A stretch of DNA of 26,709 nucleotides from a virus (Duplodnaviria; Caudoviricetes), in the IMG/VR virus record IMGVR_UViG_3300030116_006104, positions 1 to 26,709 of that record. One strand, given 5' to 3'. Below, piece by piece: positions 9,334-18,160 of the stretch (positions are counted from its first letter, which is position 1; each line of letters opens with the position of its first letter). A model generated the notes under the pieces. It had not been told where the DNA came from and made no database searches. It saw only the letters and a list, made by a program, of their open reading frames with translations. Both the position numbers and the translations under genes were made by a program.

Positions 9334-10361
9334 TAATTACCTCCAAATGCACTAAAAGCGTCTGATATACCTCCAAAGCCTTGACCAAACTGACCAAGAG
9401 CACCAATACCAGCAATACCAAGACCAAGAGCTTGTGCAAATGGATTGACAGAAGGTTGTTGAGTGAACTGAATCGCACTACTTGGAACACCACGTAGTAT
9501 ATCACTAGCAAATGTTAGTCTTCTGAATGGCTCTTGTTGAGCCTCTAGTTGTTGTCTTCTTTGAGCCTCTAGTTGAGCCTGTCCTAGTTGCTGTTGGATA
9601 CCACCAACACCTAAAAGAGATTGTATATCTGCCTGTCCTAGTTGTTGAGTAAGAGCACCGAGACCAGCTTGTCTTTGTCCAAGACTAGCGAGACCTTGAC
9701 CTGTAGCACCTAACTGTTGTGCTGCAGCCAACTGTCTTCTTTGCTGTGATTCTTGTGCACCCATCGCAGCTCTTTGAGCTTGTTGAAAGTTTCTTGATAA
9801 ATCTTCAAATATTCTTCTTGATTTTATGTCTTGTAAATTACGACCTAGTTCTGCTTCTTGCACACCAAAACGTGAGCCACCAAAAGCTCCTGCTCTTTGT
9901 GCTTGTGTTGCTAAATTAGACTGTGCAATTTGAGCTTGACGATCAAATTCTTGTAAAGCTTGTTGTGTAACGTTCTGTTGGTATGGGTCCATGAAACGTT
10001 GTGATTGTGTAGGATCAAATGCTTGTGTTGCACCGAGAGCCTGCTGTCCTGCTCCTGTTAAAGCAGCACCTGCAAGACCTAGAGTGCCTGTTGCTTGTTG
10101 TATGGCGGGTTGAAAAGCCCCGACGTTTTGACTTGCTAATCCAAAAGCTCTTGTCTGTTCAGGTGTAAAACCTGCAAACTGAAATGCTGGAATATTTTGA
10201 GCAATACCTGCTCGACCAAACTTACGTAGATTAAAATCAGCATCGCTTTCTCCTGCTCTCTTTACTGCATTTGGATCACCAAACACAGACGCAAGTAACT
10301 GCTCTGCTCTTCTCTCAATAAAAGGAGCCTGTTGCGTTCGTTGTATTACTTCATCAACCAT
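9333..10361 (-). CDS. Putative DNA transfer/pilot (ejection) protein, Gln/Ala/Gly-rich (342 aa)
   Basis: FMDPYQQNV, AGAFGGSRFGV, Gln-rich helices and a hydrophobic Gly-rich C-terminal tail (LGLGIAGIGALG). Confidence 0.7.
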   Translation of the reverse strand: MVDEVIQRTQQAPFIERRAEQLLASVFGDPNAVKRAGESDADFNLRKFGRAGIAQNIPAFQFAGFTPEQTRAFGLASQNVGAFQPAIQQATGTLGLAGAALTGAGQQALGATQAFDPTQSQRFMDPYQQNVTQQALQEFDRQAQIAQSNLATQAQRAGAFGGSRFGVQEAELGRNLQDIKSRRIFEDLSRNFQQAQRAAMGAQESQQRRQLAAAQQLGATGQGLASLGQRQAGLGALTQQLGQADIQSLLGVGGIQQQLGQAQLEAQRRQQLEAQQEPFRRLTFASDILRGVPSSAIQFTQQPSVNPFAQALGLGIAGIGALGQFGQGFGGISDAFSAFGGN

Positions 10362-11194
10362 TATGCTCTATCTCCATATTTTCTTTGTAAACTATACAAG
10401 AATTTTGATCCTCTGTCTCTACTCTCTTTTGTTCCTTCACCACCCATAGCTCGTCCAAGTCCTCTTACAGTTTTTGCATTAATAACAAATTCACCATCGC
10501 TTAACATCGCTGGTATGTCATCACTTGTTTCTGTCCCTGGTCCTGCTATCTTACCATTTTTACGTGGGAAACCACCATCTTTTAATCCGGCTTCTTTTAA
10601 TCCATTTATTTCTCCACCCATAGCCCTGTTTAATAAATTAGGTCCGTACTGAGAAAATGGCACTGTTGTTACACCACCTATGCCAGCGTCATCTAAATCT
10701 CTGAGTGGGTCCATTGTTCCGTATACATCTTCAAACTGTGATCTTTTCTTTTCTTCTTCTCCTGCTCCAGCTAAAGCTCCTAATCCTAACACTGCACTTG
10801 CCGTTTTAAGAGGATTGGCTTTTGCAAAATTAACTATTGATCCTAAAACACTTTGTTTAGGCGCTTGAGCAGCGACAGCTCGCGTAAGAGCACCTGTGCT
10901 TCCCGGTGCTAATCCAGAGCCTGCAGCTCCAAGAGTCTGTCCCGGCACAGATTTTCCTAGTAATCCACCTAGACCTTGTCCAGCCTGTAACCCACCAAAT
11001 CTACTTAATGCTCCACCTGTTAATCCAGATAATGCTGCAAATTTAAGTGCATCTCTTGGGCTTTTACCTGCAACTAAACTACCTAAACCTCCACCTAAAG
11101 CAGAACCTAATACAGGTCCACCAGCTAGAAATCCTAGTCCTGCACCGATAATTGGGGCTGCTTTCTTTGCAGCTTTAAATATTTTTTTTAGCAT
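10361..11194 (-). CDS. Putative internal virion protein (277 aa), first gene of the ejection operon
   Basis: Start moved to ATG 11194 behind AAGGAGAG; basic MLKKIFKAAKK then Gly-rich hydrophobic stretch; C-terminal GPGTETSDDIPAMLSDGEFV motif common to phage tape-measure/internal proteins. Confidence 0.7.
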   Translation of the reverse strand: MLKKIFKAAKKAAPIIGAGLGFLAGGPVLGSALGGGLGSLVAGKSPRDALKFAALSGLTGGALSRFGGLQAGQGLGGLLGKSVPGQTLGAAGSGLAPGSTGALTRAVAAQAPKQSVLGSIVNFAKANPLKTASAVLGLGALAGAGEEEKKRSQFEDVYGTMDPLRDLDDAGIGGVTTVPFSQYGPNLLNRAMGGEINGLKEAGLKDGGFPRKNGKIAGPGTETSDDIPAMLSDGEFVINAKTVRGLGRAMGGEGTKESRDRGSKFLYSLQRKYGDRA

Positions 11195-11241
11195 GCTCTC
11201 CTTCTGCAAATCATGATTGTTTTAGTGCAAGGAGGCTGGCC

Positions 11242-11271
11242 TTGTAAATTAAGCCTATTTAATTGTATATT
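11242..11271 (+). promoter_or_regulatory. Possible sigma70-like promoter for the oxygenase island, overlapping the opposite-strand promoter
   Basis: TTGTAA (11242-11247), 18 nt spacer, TATATT (11266-11271); GCCTAT/ATAGGC inverted repeat (11253-11278) overlaps this region. Confidence 0.4.
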
Positions 11272-11298
11272 TATAGGCAAATTATTGCTATATGACAA
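11270..11298 (-). promoter_or_regulatory. Sigma70-like promoter for the ejection-protein operon
   Basis: On the (-) strand TTGTCA (11298-11293), 17 nt spacer, TATAAA (11275-11270). Confidence 0.65.
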
Positions 11299-11321
11299 TA
11301 GAAAAAGAATGAGGTGTTCCC

Positions 11322-12002
11322 ATGGAGGAAGTTAAAAAAGAAATTAAATTAAAGTTTGATGCAATTAGACCTTTTGGACCTACTATAGTAAAGGGTAAAG
11401 TTCCTGGTTTTATATTAAATACAGTTAATAAAAAGTGTGATGAGCTTTTAGGTGATCCTAAATTAGCTAAACAATGGGATTGGTCCCCTAATTTAGCTGG
11501 TAATGTAAAACAAGAAGTTCGTATGCCACCAGAGTGGATTGATAAAGATGGACATCAATTAGTTTTTTTAATTGGTGAGATGGTTAAACAATATTTAAGC
11601 ATACCACCAGCTAGTGAAACTTTACAAGCTGAGAAGGTTAACAAAATGGTAATTGAATCAATGTGGGCCGTGAGCCAATGGGCGGGAGACTTTAACCCTG
11701 CACACATGCACGATGGTGATTTATCTGGTGTGTTTTATACAAAGATGCCAGAAAGCATAGAAAAAGAAAGAGCAGCGGAGGATCATTATCCTAGCGTTGG
11801 TGATATTATTTTTATGTGTGGAGATCCAAAAACTTTTAGCGGACACAAACTACAACATCCACCAGAAGTTGGTGACATATTTTTGTTTCCTTCTTGGCTG
11901 ACACACATGGTTTATCCATTCCGTACGCCAAATGAAGAAAGAAGATCTGTGTCCTTTAATTTACGTTTGGTGCCAAAAGATGCTGAATTCAAAGCAGAAT
12001 GA
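11322..12002 (+). CDS. Putative 2OG-Fe(II) oxygenase (TIGR02466/PF13759-like)
   Basis: FNPAHMHDGDLSGVFY...GDIFLFPSWLTHMVYPF...RRSVSFN; GAGGTG RBS. Confidence 0.85.
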   Translation: MEEVKKEIKLKFDAIRPFGPTIVKGKVPGFILNTVNKKCDELLGDPKLAKQWDWSPNLAGNVKQEVRMPPEWIDKDGHQLVFLIGEMVKQYLSIPPASETLQAEKVNKMVIESMWAVSQWAGDFNPAHMHDGDLSGVFYTKMPESIEKERAAEDHYPSVGDIIFMCGDPKTFSGHKLQHPPEVGDIFLFPSWLTHMVYPFRTPNEERRSVSFNLRLVPKDAEFKAE

Positions 12003-12598
12003 TCTTTAAAATATTTCCCGAGATAATTTATAAAGATAACTTAGACATTAAAAGCTATGACATATCTGGCGTAGATTTCTCTAAAGAGGACGAACAATAT
12101 TCAATAAGTGATAATATTCTTGATCAGAAAGCTTTTCAAGATATTAAAAAACAGATAGATCTTCACATTCAAAAATTTACTGCAGATATTTTACAAATAA
12201 ATAAAGATTTAAAATTTTATATCACTAGGTCTTGGTTAATAAATATAAATAAAGCGTACTCTAGTGGTATTTTTCATGATCATATAAACTCTTTTTTTAC
12301 AGGGGTATTATATTTAAATTTAGATGAAGGCATGGATTGCATTAGTTTTCAAAAAAGAAGACAATACCAGTATTTAAAATACACGTACGAATGTGACAAT
12401 GAATTTAATCAAGAGAAATTAAGTTATTTTCCTGAAAAAAATGATTTAATAATTTTTGATGCTGCACTAGAGCATTCTATGGGAACACACACTACTACTA
12501 ATCCTAGATTGTGTTTGGCATTTGAAGTTTTTGCTAAAGGAGCTTTTGGCAAAGATGAAAAAGGAAGGTCCTTTAATATGGGCAGGTTAACGATTTAA
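11999..12598 (+). CDS. Putative 2OG-Fe(II) oxygenase (TIGR02466-like)
   Basis: ITRSWLN, HDHINSFFTGVLYL, LIIFDAALEHSM, RLCLAFE; ATGA overlap. Confidence 0.8.
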   Translation: MIFKIFPEIIYKDNLDIKSYDISGVDFSKEDEQYSISDNILDQKAFQDIKKQIDLHIQKFTADILQINKDLKFYITRSWLININKAYSSGIFHDHINSFFTGVLYLNLDEGMDCISFQKRRQYQYLKYTYECDNEFNQEKLSYFPEKNDLIIFDAALEHSMGTHTTTNPRLCLAFEVFAKGAFGKDEKGRSFNMGRLTI

Positions 12599-12602
12599 TA
12601 GT

Positions 12603-12878
12603 ATGTCAGATACGGAAAAATTTCCCATGGTTCGTATCACGTGGTTAGACGCTAAGGACACGGAAACTGGTTGGCTACCTTACAAAGAGATAGTAGATGC
12701 TCCATTAGCCGTGTGTCAAGAAGTAGGATACATGGTTGTAAACAATGATGACAAAATTGTAATCATGCGATCATGGTGTATTGATAAAGATGACAACCAT
12801 GGAGGTGGAGCTATAGCCATACCAAGAGGATGGGTTAGAAAAATAGAATATTTGAAAGTAGAATATGCAACAAGATGA
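12603..12878 (+). CDS. Conserved small phage hypothetical protein (91 aa)
   Basis: MVRITWLDA...GW...C.EVGY...IPRGWV pattern of a type recalled from small phage beta-rich proteins; fits the operon. Confidence 0.75.
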   Translation: MSDTEKFPMVRITWLDAKDTETGWLPYKEIVDAPLAVCQEVGYMVVNNDDKIVIMRSWCIDKDDNHGGGAIAIPRGWVRKIEYLKVEYATR

Positions 12879-12879
12879 A
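12846..12879 (+). repeat. Direct repeat copy 1 at gene junction
   Basis: GAATATTTGAAAGTAGAATATGCAACAAGATGAA; 30/34 identical to 13696-13729. Confidence 0.9.
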
Positions 12880-13728
12880 TTAGCGGACATACATATTTTA
12901 GATGGTGGAGTGGGCAAACATTTACAGTTTACTTCGCTACTAGACGATCTAACTGTTTTAAGAAAAATTTGTATCATGTCAAGTTGGCCAGAACTTTTTA
13001 AACATGACAAACGAGTTGCTTTCTCTACACCTTTACATATACTACCTTTGCACGATCATACACACACTTTCTTCAATAATTATTGGAATGTTTTTTATAA
13101 TGAACCGTACAGATCTAATTTTTTAAAAGGCGATTGTCACATCATTGATTATTGGCGACAAATGTATGACTTGCCAGACAATAATGACAGAAGACCTAAT
13201 TTTTTCATTAACGAAAGAAGGGAGAAAGAACTAGAAAAAGACATAATGAAGTTGGGTAAGTTTATTTTAGTGCAGTTTACAGGTGGACAAAGTGTAAAGA
13301 TAGAAAACTATGATTTAGAAAATGCAGGGAGAAACTATAATCAAGGACAAGAAGTTGTTAACTTATTAAGAGAGGCATTACCAGGTGTAAATATAATTGT
13401 GTTTGGGCACAACAATGAGCAAGAGCCTTTACTAAACACCATGGCTTTTAATAACTTTGGTGGCAATCCAAAATTTGTGGACAAAATAGATTTTATGATA
13501 CTTGCTAAATATTGTGTATCTTTCATATCTATTGATAGCGCATTACAACATATGTGTGCAAATAAATCATTTAATAAAAAGGGTGTTGTGCTTTGGGGCA
13601 CATCAAAACCAGAAATGTTTGGTTATGAAAACAATACTAATATAACATCAGAGTACCCATACTGTGTTGAGATTGAGCCTAAAAAAATAGTCGATGAATT
13701 TTTAAAAGTAGAGTATGCAACAAGATAA
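12865..13728 (+). CDS. Glycosyltransferase, GT-B fold, family 9 (heptosyltransferase)-like
   Basis: N-terminal DGGVGKHL loop; C-terminal FISIDSALQHMCA...GVVLWGTSKPEMFGY resembling the GT9 DSGxxHxAxA...LFG.T.P motif. Confidence 0.8.
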   Translation: MQQDELADIHILDGGVGKHLQFTSLLDDLTVLRKICIMSSWPELFKHDKRVAFSTPLHILPLHDHTHTFFNNYWNVFYNEPYRSNFLKGDCHIIDYWRQMYDLPDNNDRRPNFFINERREKELEKDIMKLGKFILVQFTGGQSVKIENYDLENAGRNYNQGQEVVNLLREALPGVNIIVFGHNNEQEPLLNTMAFNNFGGNPKFVDKIDFMILAKYCVSFISIDSALQHMCANKSFNKKGVVLWGTSKPEMFGYENNTNITSEYPYCVEIEPKKIVDEFLKVEYATR

Positions 13729-13729
13729 A
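13696..13729 (+). repeat. Direct repeat copy 2 at gene junction
   Basis: GAATTTTTAAAAGTAGAGTATGCAACAAGATAAA; exactly 850 nt after copy 1. Confidence 0.9.
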
Positions 13730-14248
13730 AATTTAGAACTTTTTTGTACAAAAATATTTGTTTTTAAATTTACAAACAAGGAGATAGAGCCTTTGATAAA
13801 TGAAGTGCTACTAAAAAAAGAAGAAATAAAAAAAAGAAGTCTAGTATTTTCTAATCATGGAGGAGTTGGTGATTATTATTCAGATTACAATAATCCAATA
13901 CAACTGCATGAGTATGAAAAACTAATGTACTCAATGGTAAATCGTTTCAATACTTTTAATGTATTTGAATATTGGACGGCCTTTTATAATAAAAATAGTG
14001 TTCATGATACACATAAACACGCAAATTTTTTAAACGGTGGGACCAATAACTTTTCAAGTATTTTATATTTATCTGCCATAGGTGGCACAACTTTTCATAG
14101 TCCTAATTTAACGAGCATGGAAGATCAGTTTGATTTACCCTCTGAAGTAGGCAAATTTATAATTTTTCCAAGTAATTTATTACATAAAGGTGAAAATTAT
14201 CATGACGGTGAAAGAATTATAATATCATCTAATATACAAATATGTTAA
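13715..14248 (+). CDS. Putative 2OG-Fe(II) oxygenase (PF13759-like)
   Basis: HDTHKH, NFSSILYL, GKFIIFPSNLLHKG, RIIISSN. Confidence 0.8.
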   Translation: MQQDKNLELFCTKIFVFKFTNKEIEPLINEVLLKKEEIKKRSLVFSNHGGVGDYYSDYNNPIQLHEYEKLMYSMVNRFNTFNVFEYWTAFYNKNSVHDTHKHANFLNGGTNNFSSILYLSAIGGTTFHSPNLTSMEDQFDLPSEVGKFIIFPSNLLHKGENYHDGERIIISSNIQIC

Positions 14249-14721
14249 TTAATTCAGATAATTTTAAGACAATAAAAGATAAAAAAACAACGCACATAAA
14301 AAAATTCACAGATTTAGAAATAGATTATGATTTTAATTTTCTAATCGGTTTTATTGAGCATTACACATGTCCCGTTGATCATGGCGGATCATACGAAAAA
14401 ACTTGGTCGACTCCTGTTGACGGATCTTACTCTCCTTTTGTTTATATTTTAAATTTTTTAAGAAAAACTTTTCAATATAATTTTAATGAAGAGGATGGTT
14501 GTAGACTGTTTTATTCTTTCGCATCAAATTCTGGTCCATCTCATGTGGACAGAGAGGATGTTTTTCTACTGGGTTTGTATGGGAAAACCGTTTATAAGGT
14601 AGAGGATAATTTTTATGAAATAGAAAAAGGTGATTTATTGTTTGTTTCAAGGGGTAGTAGACACAAAGCTATATCTATAACACCTAGAATCGTGGCATCT
14701 TTTGGTTTTTTTGGAGGTTAA
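14242..14721 (+). CDS. Cupin/JmjC-type oxygenase (cupin_4-like)
   Basis: GPSHVDREDVFLLGLYGKTVY (HxD) and EKGDLLFVSRGSRHKA, the JmjC-like GDxLxxPxGxxH motif. Confidence 0.75.
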   Translation: MLINSDNFKTIKDKKTTHIKKFTDLEIDYDFNFLIGFIEHYTCPVDHGGSYEKTWSTPVDGSYSPFVYILNFLRKTFQYNFNEEDGCRLFYSFASNSGPSHVDREDVFLLGLYGKTVYKVEDNFYEIEKGDLLFVSRGSRHKAISITPRIVASFGFFGG

Positions 14722-14723
14722 GT

Positions 14724-15347
14724 ATGGAAATTAAAGTAGATAAACAAGAAGTTTTTACAGATTACGTTTGGTCTTTTATGATGCCGGATCACGAGCATTG
14801 GAAGAAAGAAATAGAAAACATAGTTTTAGTTGAGAAAAACAAAGCTATACATAATTTTAGCACAGAGAATTTTCAAGACAGACCTGTGCGAGCTCACAAA
14901 ACAGCTTGGGATTCTTTTGCAAGGTATCCTGCAGTTTTTAATATTATAGAAATAATTGCTGCTACTATTACAAAATCAATAGAACAAGAGGGCTGGGAGG
15001 CTCCTAAACTAAGTCCGATGGACGGGTGGATAAACTGGTTTGATAAGAATCAATGGGCTCAAGAGCACGAACATAATTGTTTACTTTCTGCTGTTTACTA
15101 TGTTTCATCGGAACACTCTCCTAGTAATTTCTTTTTTCACAGAAATGATAGGTTTCGGTTACGCAAAAAAAACGAAGACGCCAATATTAAATTAGTAAAA
15201 CCTAAAGAGGGTAGTGTAATTTTTTTCACTGGATGTCAGACACATTCTGTGTCACCAAATACAAGTGATCAAACAAGAATTACTTTAGCTGCAAATTACA
15301 TGGGTGAGTACGTAAAAAATTGGAATCCTTACGATGGAGAAAAATAA
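14724..15347 (+). CDS. Putative 2OG-Fe(II) oxygenase (PF13759-like)
   Basis: GWINW, AQEHEH, LSAVYYV, EGSVIFFTGCQTHSVSPN, RITLAAN; GGAGG RBS. Confidence 0.8.
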   Translation: MEIKVDKQEVFTDYVWSFMMPDHEHWKKEIENIVLVEKNKAIHNFSTENFQDRPVRAHKTAWDSFARYPAVFNIIEIIAATITKSIEQEGWEAPKLSPMDGWINWFDKNQWAQEHEHNCLLSAVYYVSSEHSPSNFFFHRNDRFRLRKKNEDANIKLVKPKEGSVIFFTGCQTHSVSPNTSDQTRITLAANYMGEYVKNWNPYDGEK

Positions 15348-16122
15348 ATTATTTATAGGCACTCCTTGTTATGGTGGCGTAATAACAGCAGATTATTTTA
15401 AAAGTTGCATGCAACTTGTTGCTTTAGCTGCATCTAAAAAAATAGAATTACAGTTTGGAACAATCGGTAATGAGTCATTAATAACTAGAGCTAGAAACAC
15501 TTTAGTGCAATTATTCATGGATGGTGACTATACTCATTTATTATTTATAGATGCTGATCTAGCTTTTAATCCTGAAGCAGTAATAAGAATGCTTGACTAC
15601 AACAAAGACGTCGTAACAGGTATCTATCCTAGAAAAACTATTGATTGGATTAAGGTTAAAAAAAGATTGAAAGAAAAACCAGATATGTCTGAAGATGAGC
15701 TGCTTGCAGCTTCGTTACAGTATAATTTAAATGTAAAAGATCCTGATAGGATATTACTAGAAAAAGGTTTTATAGAGGTCATGGACGGCCCAACTGGTTT
15801 TATGTTAATTAAAAGAGAGGTATTTAAAAAAATGGCAAAACAGTATCCAGAATTAAAGTTTGTGCCTGACCAACATATTAATCAATCCCATGACAAAGAG
15901 TTTGACTATCACAAAACATCGGAGTGGAATTACACTTTTTTTGACACGATGATAGAACCACAAACTAAAAGATATCTTTCAGAAGACTATGCTTTCTGTC
16001 GTTTATGGCAAAATATGGGGGGCAAAATATACGCAGATATCATGAGCGGTATGACTCATTACGGTAATTATGCATTTAGAGGCAATGTTGGAACTCAATT
16101 CTTGCCTCAAAACAATAAGTAA
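15334..16122 (+). CDS. Glycosyltransferase, GT-A fold (GT2-like phage family)
   Basis: LFIGTPCYGG, ESLITRARN, HLLFIDAD (DxD), TGFMLIKREVF, YLSEDYAFCRLW, THYG. Confidence 0.85.
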   Translation: MEKNKLFIGTPCYGGVITADYFKSCMQLVALAASKKIELQFGTIGNESLITRARNTLVQLFMDGDYTHLLFIDADLAFNPEAVIRMLDYNKDVVTGIYPRKTIDWIKVKKRLKEKPDMSEDELLAASLQYNLNVKDPDRILLEKGFIEVMDGPTGFMLIKREVFKKMAKQYPELKFVPDQHINQSHDKEFDYHKTSEWNYTFFDTMIEPQTKRYLSEDYAFCRLWQNMGGKIYADIMSGMTHYGNYAFRGNVGTQFLPQNNK

Positions 16123-16130
16123 TTTATTAT
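16102..16130 (+). promoter_or_regulatory. Sigma70-like promoter giving a probably leaderless transcript of the nozzle gene
   Basis: TTGCCT (16102-16107), 17 nt spacer, TATTAT (16125-16130), then 6 nt before the ATG at 16137; no Shine-Dalgarno. Confidence 0.55.
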
Positions 16131-16136
16131 TAAATT

Positions 16137-17993
16137 ATGAAATTAGTGGATCTTAAGTTTAAGCCCGGTGTAGATAAACAAGACACCGCCTATTCTGCTG
16201 GAGATCAGCGTAAATATGTTGATTCTGACTTTGTAAGATTTCATTATGGTAAACCAGAAAGATGGGGTGGATGGGTTAATTTGCCTAATCCAAATGTCAC
16301 GGTGGTTGGTGCCGTTAGAGATACACACTCTTGGATAGGCTTGGATGGTACAAGATATTTAGCTTTAGGTTCAGATAGAAAACTATATATTTTTTCTGAG
16401 GGTAAAGTATACGATATTACTCCCATAAGAAGAACCGCTAGTCTTACGAATCCTTTTGCTACATCAAGTGGCTCTGCCACAGTAACAGTAACCGACAACG
16501 CTCATCAAGCTGAAGTTGGTGCGTTCGTTACTTTTGATAATGGCTCTGCTACAAACGTGGTAGATGGTATAGATTTTAACGCTGAGTTTGAAATTTTAAC
16601 TGTGCCAACGAGCAACACCTATACAATAAATGCTGGGACAAACGCATCTGGCACCACAGCAGCAGGAGGAGGCTCTACAGATGCAAGTTATCAAATTAAT
16701 CCGGGTCCAACATCATCTACATATGGATATGGTTGGGGCACAGAAACTTGGGGAGCTAGCACTTGGGATACACCAAGGTCTTCCTCTAATGTTGTCATTG
16801 AAGGTAGAAATTGGTCATTAGATAATTTTGGTGAGGATTTAATTGCAACAGTTTTAAATGGTGGCACATTTATTTGGGATACCTCTGGTGGTTTAGGAGC
16901 AAGAGCCACAGCTTTGTCTAATGCTCCCACTGCATCAAGATTTAGTATAGTTTCTACGGATACAAGACATTTGTTAATATTTGGAACAGAAACAACTATA
17001 GGTAATACAGCTACACAAGACGATCTATTATTTAGATTTTCAGACAGAGAAGATGCAACAGATTACACTCCTGTTGCCACAAACGAAGCTGGATCTTTGA
17101 GAATAACAGATGGATCTAGAATCGTTGGTGCTGTTAAATCCACAGGTCAAATACTAGTTTGGACAGATACCTCGTTACACGGGATACAATTTGTTGGCAC
17201 ACCTTTTACGTTTGGTCTTAGACAACTCGGTGCAAATGCTGGTTTAATAGCACAGCATGCAGCTATAGAAGTAAATGGTAAAGCATATTGGATGTCCGAT
17301 AATGCTTTTTATTTATATGATGGTGTTGTCAAAAAGATGCCATGTTCTGTACAAGATTTTGTTTTTGATGACTTAAGTTATACAAATAAAAACGACATAG
17401 CTGTGGGTTTAAACACAGCATATAATGAAATAATTTGGTATTACCCATCGGCAAATGCTACACAAATAGACAGAGCAGTTGCATATAATTATTTGGAAGG
17501 AACATGGTATACAGTAAGTTTAGGAAGAACTACTTGGCTAGGTGCTTATGTATATGAAAAACCAATAGCTACTGAGTACAGCGCATCCGCCACTGCAAAT
17601 GCTACGAGCATACTTGGATTAACCGCTGGTGCATCTTCTATATACGAACATGAAACAGGTAATAATCAGGCGGACGGAACGGCTATTACAGCGTTCTTAG
17701 AAACAGGATCTGTTGAAATAGCGGATGGAGATCAACTAATGTCAGTAAGTAAATTAGTACCAGATTTTGACAATTTAGCGAACACAATGACGGCACAATT
17801 AACGTTAGAACAATACCCTCAATCTGCAGCTAACGTAACGACTAGTGGCACAATAACTAGCACAACAGAAAAAATTAATGTAAGAGGCAGAGGTAGGGCT
17901 GTTAAAATTAGATACACAACAAATAGTGTAGATGATACAGCGTGGAGACTTGGTTCACAGAAGCTGCAAATAAGACCTGATGGAAGAAGATAA
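16137..17993 (+). CDS. Tail nozzle / packaged-DNA stabilisation protein (P22 gp10 / tail tubular protein B-like, beta-propeller type)
   Basis: 618 aa beta-rich protein with KPGVDKQ, FVRFHYGKPERWGGW, WSLDNFGEDL, RFSDRED, AGSLRI.DGSRIVGA, ILVWTD, YNEIIWYYPS and C-terminal RGRGR..WRLG..RPDGRR; includes a small inserted beta domain (VTVTDNAH..G.FVTF). Family recalled, not searched. Confidence 0.75.
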   Translation: MKLVDLKFKPGVDKQDTAYSAGDQRKYVDSDFVRFHYGKPERWGGWVNLPNPNVTVVGAVRDTHSWIGLDGTRYLALGSDRKLYIFSEGKVYDITPIRRTASLTNPFATSSGSATVTVTDNAHQAEVGAFVTFDNGSATNVVDGIDFNAEFEILTVPTSNTYTINAGTNASGTTAAGGGSTDASYQINPGPTSSTYGYGWGTETWGASTWDTPRSSSNVVIEGRNWSLDNFGEDLIATVLNGGTFIWDTSGGLGARATALSNAPTASRFSIVSTDTRHLLIFGTETTIGNTATQDDLLFRFSDREDATDYTPVATNEAGSLRITDGSRIVGAVKSTGQILVWTDTSLHGIQFVGTPFTFGLRQLGANAGLIAQHAAIEVNGKAYWMSDNAFYLYDGVVKKMPCSVQDFVFDDLSYTNKNDIAVGLNTAYNEIIWYYPSANATQIDRAVAYNYLEGTWYTVSLGRTTWLGAYVYEKPIATEYSASATANATSILGLTAGASSIYEHETGNNQADGTAITAFLETGSVEIADGDQLMSVSKLVPDFDNLANTMTAQLTLEQYPQSAANVTTSGTITSTTEKINVRGRGRAVKIRYTTNSVDDTAWRLGSQKLQIRPDGRR

Positions 17994-18160
17994 TGGCTAA
18001 AATAAATATAACTAGATTACCAAACGCTACACAAGAATACGATCCCGGTCAGTTTGACCAGATGATTAGGCTACTTGATCAAATTATACTTTTATTAAAT
18101 ACGAACTATCAACAAGATTTAAGAGAAGAGGCAGAGTCGGAGGGTTTTTTCCTTGGCTAA
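17993..18160 (+). CDS. 55 aa virion-associated hypothetical protein (not in the ORF track)
   Basis: Manual translation MAKINITRLPNATQEYDPGQFDQMIRLLDQIILLLNTNYQQDLREEAESEGFFLG; TAATG overlap with the nozzle gene and 8 nt overlap with the next gene. Confidence 0.85.
   Translation: MAKINITRLPNATQEYDPGQFDQMIRLLDQIILLLNTNYQQDLREEAESEGFFLG

Noticed and set aside
9500-10000. Repetitive TTGTTG/CTGTTG-rich DNA
   Set aside because: Explained by Gln/Ala codons of the ejection protein; not a CRISPR array or satellite.
623-11216. Antisense or alternate-frame ORFs in the track (e.g. 623-817, 3159-3503, 3699-4058, 6257-6841, 7634-8053, 10896-11216)
   Set aside because: They lie within or opposite long, well-supported genes and have the Ser/Pro/Leu/Phe-rich composition typical of shadow frames.
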